Shown: positions 26,801-32,000 of the stretch, piece by piece
Layout of the letters: every line of letters begins with the position of its first letter
Position numbering within the stretch: position 1 is the first letter of the stretch
Assembly: GCF_000196355.1 (NCBI RefSeq)
Contig: NC_007614.1
Location: 2,850,001-2,882,000 of the forward strand
Reading direction: 5' to 3'
Length of the DNA: 32,000 nucleotides
DNA from: Nitrosospira multiformis ATCC 25196
GTDB taxonomy: Bacteria; Pseudomonadota; Gammaproteobacteria; Burkholderiales; Nitrosomonadaceae
The notes under the pieces: model-generated
Database searches by the model: none
Told to the model about the DNA's origin: nothing
What the model saw: only the letters and a program-made list of their open reading frames with translations
Translations under genes and position numbers: made by a program

Positions 26801-27200
26801 GCTGCTGGATATCTCCGGAAAAAATCTGGTACGTAATGGCGATTTTTCGGATGGCATGCATCACTGGTTTTTTTCGACAGATAACTACTGGCCATGGCAC
26901 GTGGAAAATCTTTACCTGAGCGTTTTCTTTGAACAGGGCTGGTTCGGACTGCTCTGTTTCCTTGCGCTCATTGGCTATGCAATCGTACGATGGTTGCCGC
27001 GCGCCTGGAGAGATGATCCGCTGAGCCTGGTACTATGCGCATCGTTCACGGCCTTCCTCGCCGTTGGCGTCTTGAACAGCTGGTCAGACGAACCCCGCCT
27101 CAGTTTCCTGTTTTACCTGTTACTGATCGCGGGATTGATCGCCGAGGCGCCTTTTGTTCAGACAAGGCAGCACTCTGCCATGATGCGGAACAACCCATGA
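23841..27200 (+). CDS. 1119-aa polytopic membrane fusion protein: two VanZ-like modules plus an O-antigen ligase/polymerase-like (Wzy_C-type) domain with an inserted periplasmic domain
   Basis: The TTG at 23841 is the only start codon available after the in-frame TGA at 23829-23831. Module 1 (aa ~20-150) has DLVANLLLYIPFGLLL...ALGVEFIQQFFAPRTVSLNDIFAEIAGSILG, a VanZ-type signature. Module 2 (aa ~345-445) repeats the pattern: LFQAALYLPIGAGLWL...ACIIEAGKLFITAKHPDPTNILIAVAAAMGAY. The region aa ~500-1119 is TM-rich with FSRGGQAAFALGSLVLLLGF, RAAHWDD...LFGMGLGSF and ...WHVENLYLSVFFEQGWFGLL, which resemble O-antigen-ligase family motifs. Confidence 0.75.
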   Translation: MTNATNSTAQYQLNTSSLVGPVLIYLAIIVYGSLLPFHWNGLSLSAAWSNFQHIPLLKLGVASRADLVANLLLYIPFGLLLCGWLVGENRQPRLMSTGMLLSLLLSLTVALGVEFIQQFFAPRTVSLNDIFAEIAGSILGIALWPVIGKHLTRLPQTIGNGGTQAREGILVAYALLYAVLSLFPYDFLLSFDEWRDKLASGAAGWVFAPNCGEKCFLRLIPEALLVAPLAALIFRQPRQPPLPSLLLSATITGAILGVLIESLQLTIASGISQGASVISRAAGLALGAGLIPVATGVDWPALRRYINPVLALCILPYLGALAWLNGWFSGDRLGVSEGLEKLGDIHFAPFYYHYFSTETVALASLLFQAALYLPIGAGLWLWHWSSFRSEWQQDRQRRTVVAGLVAGIVACIIEAGKLFITAKHPDPTNILIAVAAAMGAYRVLHALSIPQTDTPASSARFKPEEIASRHYLTPILEKFAEIPRAEQLLSKERPRWTVAAGVLAIVFATWAVVTTPLSTGWVFLSLIIYATLLWRQPGLWLVCVPALLPLLDLTHWTGRLFWTEFDTVLLVTLGVGYLRLGSRLPPQRSLRRFGRLLFFLFVLSAAISFVIGLFPLAILDHNAFSSYISSYNALRAGKGLLFVLAFMPLLALQWEEPLRATNRLALGMTLGLAGTVAYVLWERATFPGLFNFEDDYRITGPFPGMHVGGAYIEAFLTATLPFVALLAWEQRRAWVTLLAVGLYGLGGYSVMVTFSRGGQAAFALGSLVLLLGFLKLAARGNSHRFSNMVAVILIAGVATVITWPIFSGQYSQTRWAIAERDMDVRAAHWDDVVSIIQRQNASLFGMGLGSFPAAYFWNSNAPSRPATYGFVNENGNSLLRLGSGDPLYFEQTVAVVAEQSYTLAMDLRTKTGNPILIPVVCEKAMLYSYTCANPPLRINAPDRNWFHLEVQIHAKNFGPPGSRLPRPVILSLYNGEPGTVVDVDNVRLLDISGKNLVRNGDFSDGMHHWFFSTDNYWPWHVENLYLSVFFEQGWFGLLCFLALIGYAIVRWLPRAWRDDPLSLVLCASFTAFLAVGVLNSWSDEPRLSFLFYLLLIAGLIAEAPFVQTRQHSAMMRNNP

Positions 27201-27277
27201 TATCGTCGCCGCATTTATATTCGGCGCGTCCAGTTCACTCGAATCGAGCAGGGATTGTCACTGAACACCAAGGATCA

Positions 27278-29119
27278 TCAAATCTGATCTCTCATGACCG
27301 CTGCGGAACTCACCGAAATAAAGTCGCACTTGAACGACTGGGTGTTGAGATCAACCCTCAGTCCGTTATCAGGTGAGCACGAGACGAAATTCAGGCTTTC
27401 AAGCACCTGCTGGGCCGGAATATTGCGCCCTGTGGGTCTGAAATTAACCCACAAACTCTGGGGCTTTTGCTCACGCGGTCTGTTCACCAGATAATTGAAG
27501 AAAGCCTGCTCAATGAATCTCCCCTGCACCCGGCAGGAGAGCATGAAATCTTCAATGCGTATCTCCTTCTCTTCGATTCGAACAATACAGAATCCAACAG
27601 CACCATAAGAACCGTAGTTATCCGAACAACGCAGCACGTATTTCTCTACTTCCTGATTCGCCAGAATAGGCAGAATCTCGCTCCTCTGGTACTTGCGCCC
27701 TGAGAAATTCAATTGGTTCGTGCGCTGGACAAGTTCGGACACACGTTCCAGATCATCATCCGTATAAAGATCGACAAAGAGCTTTATTTCGCATGCTGCC
27801 AGGAATCCGAGATAATCTGACCCAAACTGGGTCGCACTTTTCCTGCGCACGAATTCTTCGCGATAAAACTGGCTGCGTTTTCTCGCATCCTCATTGGTGG
27901 ACCCCTGATAGCGCGGATTCGAGAAAAGATCGGCGATCTTCTCTGCATTCACGCAGGTGACCCCCTTCAAGGCCCGTGATACTTCTTCCAGTTCGAATGG
28001 ATTGTCGTCGATGAAAGCAAAGGTATCGAGTCCTATATTGAGTTGCTCCGCTATTGCCTTGATATTTTCGCTCTTGGGAAGCCAGTTGATCTGAGGATAT
28101 AGAAAATAATCCGCCATACCCAATTCTTCCAGCCGGCGCCAGGCGCTGGATTCATCGTTCTTGCTTGCGATACTGAGCAGGATTCCCCGTTCGTCGAAGA
28201 AGCGCAGCAACTCGAGTACCTTTGGCCGCAAACCAACCCCTTCATTCTCGAGCAATATCCCGTCCCATAAGGTATTGTCGAGGTCCCACACCACGCACTT
28301 GATTTTCGGCTGACTGGAAATGTCTATCCTTGCGGCCTCGGCTCGAACTACGAAATCGGCAGTCAGAAATACCAGGCGTGCAGTACCCTCCCCATCCGGG
28401 ATAATGGCGATGTCAAACGGAAGGCCGCATTCCGTGATCCTCGAGAATTGTTCCCGCTGGAACTCGTGACGGGAATAACCGGGAGGCAATGTGACCGATG
28501 CCCGGAATGGGAGTGGAAGCTGAGCCGAGGAAAATTTGCCCCCTGGGCTGGCGACTGACATGCCCAGCTGCATGCGAACGGGAACATTCATCGGATTGTA
28601 TACTTCCAGCAGGAAAAGATTCGGCTGCTGTCTGGAATTGGAATCATTCCTTCGATGCAGCCAGCGCCCGAGCCGTTCGAGGAGCGTATGCTCCAGATAT
28701 GACCAGCGGCTGTCCCGCGTAACGCGCTGGACGAAGGCCCCGACAATATTAATCAGCGGTGCGGATAAATCGACCATGCGTTCGGTCCACAGGGCCACGC
28801 CGGAGGGCAGTAGCAGTGTATTACCCCGGGCCTCGATCTTGCCCCATTTCTTGAATGAAACCTCTGCGCCGTAGCCCCGCGCCGATGGAAAACGGGGATT
28901 GCGATACATCCCATACGTCAGGCGACGGCATCGCGTATCGGGCCGGCTCTGATATAGATCGCAACTTGCAAAGCAGCTCGGGGCTGCACATTCCACGCAG
29001 TGCTCACCCCACATGAGCAAGGACATTTGCTCGATATCGCGAACCGCTTCGTAAGACGATCGAGGAGCCAGCTCGCGATCCTCGTGCAACTGCTTTTCGT
29101 ATTTATCGAACTCGAACAT
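27278..29119 (-). CDS. FkbH-like HAD-IIIC superfamily protein with a C-terminal GNAT-like domain and a ~270-aa N-terminal Cys-cluster domain of unknown function
   Basis: 613 aa. HAD motif I is VVWDLDNTLWDG (D279/D281), motif II is LSIASKN, and motif IV is FIDDNPFE. These match the FkbH/HAD-IIIC pattern. The C-terminal segment (YVLRCSDNYGSYGAVGFCIVRIEEKEIRIEDFMLSCRVQGRFIEQAFF) looks like the acyltransferase-like domain of FkbH proteins. The N-terminal domain carries CVECAAPSCFASC-x10-C. Confidence 0.8.
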   Translation of the reverse strand: MFEFDKYEKQLHEDRELAPRSSYEAVRDIEQMSLLMWGEHCVECAAPSCFASCDLYQSRPDTRCRRLTYGMYRNPRFPSARGYGAEVSFKKWGKIEARGNTLLLPSGVALWTERMVDLSAPLINIVGAFVQRVTRDSRWSYLEHTLLERLGRWLHRRNDSNSRQQPNLFLLEVYNPMNVPVRMQLGMSVASPGGKFSSAQLPLPFRASVTLPPGYSRHEFQREQFSRITECGLPFDIAIIPDGEGTARLVFLTADFVVRAEAARIDISSQPKIKCVVWDLDNTLWDGILLENEGVGLRPKVLELLRFFDERGILLSIASKNDESSAWRRLEELGMADYFLYPQINWLPKSENIKAIAEQLNIGLDTFAFIDDNPFELEEVSRALKGVTCVNAEKIADLFSNPRYQGSTNEDARKRSQFYREEFVRRKSATQFGSDYLGFLAACEIKLFVDLYTDDDLERVSELVQRTNQLNFSGRKYQRSEILPILANQEVEKYVLRCSDNYGSYGAVGFCIVRIEEKEIRIEDFMLSCRVQGRFIEQAFFNYLVNRPREQKPQSLWVNFRPTGRNIPAQQVLESLNFVSCSPDNGLRVDLNTQSFKCDFISVSSAAVMRDQI

Positions 29120-29166
29120 GACGCCGATTTACCCCAATCATCCGTTACGTCGCTGAGAATGCGAAA

Positions 29167-29859
29167 TCATGTCCGGCGGCAAATGAATGACTTTCCCAAG
29201 GGCGCGTATGCCATATAAGGAATGAAGCATATGCCGCTCTCCTTCCGCAAAAAATCTGAAAGGGCTTTCTGCTCGCCCTGCTCCGGATCAGCCTTGTAGT
29301 TATAGAAATCGTCAAAGCAGACGATGGAGCCATTTACAAGGTACGGCTGGATAAAATCGAGTACCTCGACCGTGGAATCATAGAGGTCGCAATCGATATA
29401 GACGATCGCCGCTTTGCGTCCCGCGAGCCGCCGGCGCGTTGCGTCATTCAGACTCTCTCTGTAAAAACCTTCGACCAGCTCGTACTCGCAAGAACGAATG
29501 CCTCGCGATTTCAGAATCGACTCGAATTCGGGGCGACTGCAGGCAAACTGTCCTTTGTACCAGATGTTATCTGGATGGGCTCCGGTATCAGGTAATCCCT
29601 GAAAGGAGTCAAACCCCCATAATTTCATATCCTGCCTGCGATAGCGATGCTTCATCCTGTGCGCATAGCCAAAGGTTTTTCCTCTCCATAATCCGAATTC
29701 GAGGTAATCTCCGCAGACTTCATTGATCTTGATGAACTCAAAAGCCTGGCTCAACATTCCAAGCTCAGTCATACGATTATCGGACCGGTGATCCAGCACC
29801 TCCATCATGCGCGCGAACCACTCCATGTCTATAATTTTTTTTACAGCATTTTTTATCAT
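29167..29859 (-). CDS. TylF/MycF-family class I SAM-dependent O-methyltransferase
   Basis: 230 aa with motifs GDYLEFGLWRGKTF, LWGFDSFQGLP and AIVYIDCDLYDSTVEVLDFIQPYLVNGSIVCFDDF. These match the macrocin-O-methyltransferase (TylF) family pattern. No obvious Shine-Dalgarno was seen. Confidence 0.8.
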   Translation of the reverse strand: MIKNAVKKIIDMEWFARMMEVLDHRSDNRMTELGMLSQAFEFIKINEVCGDYLEFGLWRGKTFGYAHRMKHRYRRQDMKLWGFDSFQGLPDTGAHPDNIWYKGQFACSRPEFESILKSRGIRSCEYELVEGFYRESLNDATRRRLAGRKAAIVYIDCDLYDSTVEVLDFIQPYLVNGSIVCFDDFYNYKADPEQGEQKALSDFLRKESGICFIPYMAYAPLGKSFICRRT

Positions 29860-30050
29860 GATCTGAACAACGTCGATTTATAGCGTGAACTTTAAATTCA
29901 ATAGAACGGCGGAATTGGATGGTATCTCACTTATTTTTCCGGAGAACATGCATACCACCCGCATTTGCATGCTGCGCCAATGAGCGTCGGCAGTTATGAG
30001 ATCATTAAGCGTCGAAGCATATAAAGAGCACATTTCCGTCCCCTGTAAAA

Positions 30051-30992
30051 CTACCTTCCTGATCGCATCAGCCGTTTCAGGGACGCCTTGACACCTAGCT
30101 GTTCCAATTTGTCACCCGTGAATTTACTGAAATGATCAACTGCCCTTTGCGACTGGAGCAGACATATATTGCGCATATTAGCTAGAACAAAAAAAACGTT
30201 GGCGCACTGAACACTGTCAGTGGCAAACAGTTTTTTATGCTCTGATTGGCCCTCGGTGAAATCAAACAAGCGGAAAATTTTTTCGTCGAACAGGTACTCC
30301 AAAGCCAGCCATTGCAGAATCGTGCCTACTGAAAAATTCATATAGTCCGGATGGTATCCGAGATATGCGTAGAGGACGATTCCATTTGATATCGGACAGT
30401 AAAGATATGAGACGGGCCTATCTCGATGGAAAAGAAGGAACGCGCGAACGCGACCCTGTTGAGCCAGCCGCTCCATCTGCTCGCAGAATTCTGCGGAATC
30501 AGGCAGCCCCGCGTCGAGCAATCTTTCCTGGTAAGTTGTACTGGACACAGTGCGGGCCAGCCGAAAGAATTCGGCCATTTCGCCAGGAGACTTGTAGACT
30601 CTCCAAGAGATACTGCCACCGCAATGCTCTGTGTACTTCCGTATTTTGCGACTGATAGTCGAGCGTGTCTTGGAGGAAAACTTGCTCTTGTATTCCGCAA
30701 ACGACTGCTGCATATCAATGTAATAGCGGGGATACTGCGCGGGCACATAACACAGATAAGCGCCCTGCCTCCGTAGCACGGGCTGTGGTCCGGCGATGCG
30801 CAGCGATCTGAGCAGGAAGCCCTGGCTTCCTTCATGGAGGGGATCAGCGGGCGCCATTGGCTCGGCCACGGGGGGTGTTTCATCGTCAAGTCCCGCTTCC
30901 CGCACCTGTAACCACAACCTGGGGGCTAGCAAGGTCTTGTCACCCAGTTGTATCTTTATCGGCACCTGTTGACAATGCCATGCCTGATTCAA
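30051..30992 (-). CDS. GNAT-superfamily acyltransferase, Acetyltransf_6 (FemAB/CelD/BioF2-like) type
   Basis: The track ORF (356 aa from 31121) is trimmed to the TTG at 30992, giving 313 aa. That TTG follows AGGAGG with a 5-nt spacer and overlaps the upstream stop as TTGA. The sequence contains FAEYKSKFSSKTRSTISRKIRKYTEH...FLLFHRDRPVSYLYCPISNGIVLYAYLGYHPDYMNFSVGTILQWLALEYLFDEKIFRLFDFTEGQSEHKKLFAT, typical of this family. Confidence 0.72.
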   Translation of the reverse strand: MNQAWHCQQVPIKIQLGDKTLLAPRLWLQVREAGLDDETPPVAEPMAPADPLHEGSQGFLLRSLRIAGPQPVLRRQGAYLCYVPAQYPRYYIDMQQSFAEYKSKFSSKTRSTISRKIRKYTEHCGGSISWRVYKSPGEMAEFFRLARTVSSTTYQERLLDAGLPDSAEFCEQMERLAQQGRVRAFLLFHRDRPVSYLYCPISNGIVLYAYLGYHPDYMNFSVGTILQWLALEYLFDEKIFRLFDFTEGQSEHKKLFATDSVQCANVFFVLANMRNICLLQSQRAVDHFSKFTGDKLEQLGVKASLKRLMRSGR

Positions 30993-31951
30993 CGAAGCCT
31001 CCTGAGCAAACCCTGCTCGAGGATCCTGAATCCCGTTTTCCAGACCGGTGAGGTGAGTGGAGCGGGTTGCAGGGGAACAGACACAGGCATCAGGCCATGA
31101 AAACCCCGTACGCGAAAACAATCCCGATGCCGATCAAGGAAAGAACAGAGTTTATGAAAACGCTCTATTACAATTTCGTCCGGACGATCCATCGACGGGT
31201 TGAGCAATTCGAAATTGTGCGACAGGATAACAAAAGCTTTACGTCCGGACTCCAGCGACTGCCAGAGAAGACCCTCCATCTCCTGATAAGAACATGCAGT
31301 CAACTGGGCATGCCGCAATCCGCCCACGCCCCCGTCGAAGACCGTCATCGGATATTCGTACACACCTTCGCATTCGACGGGCTCCACCAAGGGCATTTCA
31401 GGACTGACACCGCTATCCTGTCCGAGCATGCTCGCGTTGTAACTGCTATCGAAAGCGATCTGGTTTACATTCAGGGCGCGCAACGTATCCCGGTTGAAGC
31501 CAAAACCTCCCGCACGAAATGCATTTACGCGCGGCGCTCCCGCTGATTCGATCAACAGCACTCCTGTCTGTATCAGGATTGTTTGTTCTTCCAGTGAAAA
31601 ATAGCGCAGATACTGTCTTTTGCGGCTCACATTGTCGAGCAATGGCTGGTTTGATTCGTCTACCCATTCGGTATGGAGATGAAGCTGTATTTCATGACCT
31701 TCTTCCCGAATGAGGCCGAGAATTTCCACCAGCGGATCAGGGCCAAACCGCGTCGAGAACAGGGGTTCAACAAAAAATACTCCGGTCAATCCATAGTCCC
31801 GCAACTGGCGCAACTGGTACGGCAGGCCATAATCTCCTTTACGGGTAGGACCATAGATATATCTCCGGAACGCTGCCGGGAATTTGGCGTCGAGGTCCTC
31901 CCAGCCATTGCACCATACCTCGACATCAACAGTAAGGAATACATCCAGCAT
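30989..31951 (-). CDS. Polysaccharide deacetylase-like protein (CE4/NodB-homology, DxE variant)
   Basis: 320 aa. The N-terminus MLDVFLTVDVEVW resembles the TVDVED start of EPS-locus polysaccharide deacetylases. It also has GHEIQLHLHTEW (His pair) and FRAGGFGF. It is translationally coupled to the downstream GNAT gene. The family call is by motif only. Confidence 0.65.
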   Translation of the reverse strand: MLDVFLTVDVEVWCNGWEDLDAKFPAAFRRYIYGPTRKGDYGLPYQLRQLRDYGLTGVFFVEPLFSTRFGPDPLVEILGLIREEGHEIQLHLHTEWVDESNQPLLDNVSRKRQYLRYFSLEEQTILIQTGVLLIESAGAPRVNAFRAGGFGFNRDTLRALNVNQIAFDSSYNASMLGQDSGVSPEMPLVEPVECEGVYEYPMTVFDGGVGGLRHAQLTACSYQEMEGLLWQSLESGRKAFVILSHNFELLNPSMDRPDEIVIERFHKLCSFLDRHRDCFRVRGFHGLMPVSVPLQPAPLTSPVWKTGFRILEQGLLRRLR

Positions 31952-32000
31952 CGGACCACTCGCGGAATTTAACGGCTATCGACTACCGGATCAGGATGAG

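Noticed and set aside
27201-27277. The convergent 77-nt gap between the ligase-like gene and the FkbH-like gene was inspected for a bidirectional terminator.
   Set aside because: Only short stems are present (CGCCG-10 nt-CGGCG and CTCG-aat-CGAG), with no flanking T/A runs.
27278-29859. The FkbH-like gene plus O-methyltransferase read as a methoxymalonyl-ACP (polyketide extender unit) pathway.
   Set aside because: No ACP, acyl-CoA dehydrogenase-like, 3-hydroxyacyl-CoA dehydrogenase-like or PKS genes are in the window. The neighbours are glycan-type enzymes. It is kept only as a caveat pending sequence beyond 32000.
1-32000. A search by eye for CRISPR repeats, IS/transposase or integrase genes, tRNA/rRNA genes, toxin-antitoxin pairs and known defence-system genes.
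   Set aside because: None was seen. All ORFs over 100 aa that are not shadow ORFs are accounted for by the features listed.

Overview
This window looks like proteobacterial chromosome, with a beta-/gamma-proteobacterial gene order. No lineage can be assigned without a database search.

The left third (1-10.6 kb, minus strand) is a complete, tightly packed dcw cell-wall/division cluster: mraZ-rsmH-ftsL-ftsI-murE-murF-mraY-murD-ftsW-(murG, truncated by the window edge). Upstream of mraZ there is a clear promoter and a triple-repeat MraZ operator.

The middle (10.7-19 kb) holds:
- an orphan, very cysteine-rich small ORF
- relA, with a degenerate hydrolase motif
- comEC
- a DUF2062-like membrane protein
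- lolD and lolC/E

From 19.1 to 22.3 kb there is a minus-strand metal-uptake-type module: a Fur-family regulator, a small CxxC membrane protein and a TonB-dependent receptor. A perfect 6-3-6 palindrome sits just downstream of the regulator's promoter.

The right third (22.4-32 kb) is the accessory-looking part and the best candidate for an undescribed system. It is an envelope-glycan locus with two parts:
- Plus strand: a beta-helix lipoprotein followed by a 1119-aa membrane protein. This protein fuses two VanZ-like modules to an O-antigen-ligase-like domain that carries a large inserted periplasmic domain.
- Minus strand, converging on it, with lower GC in hand-counted lines: a CE4-like deacetylase, an Acetyltransf_6-type GNAT, a TylF-type methyltransferase, and a 613-aa FkbH/HAD-IIIC protein with an unexplained Cys-cluster N-terminal domain.

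I saw no rRNA, tRNA, CRISPR array, transposase or integrase. All family assignments come from motif recognition by eye and need HMM or BLAST confirmation.
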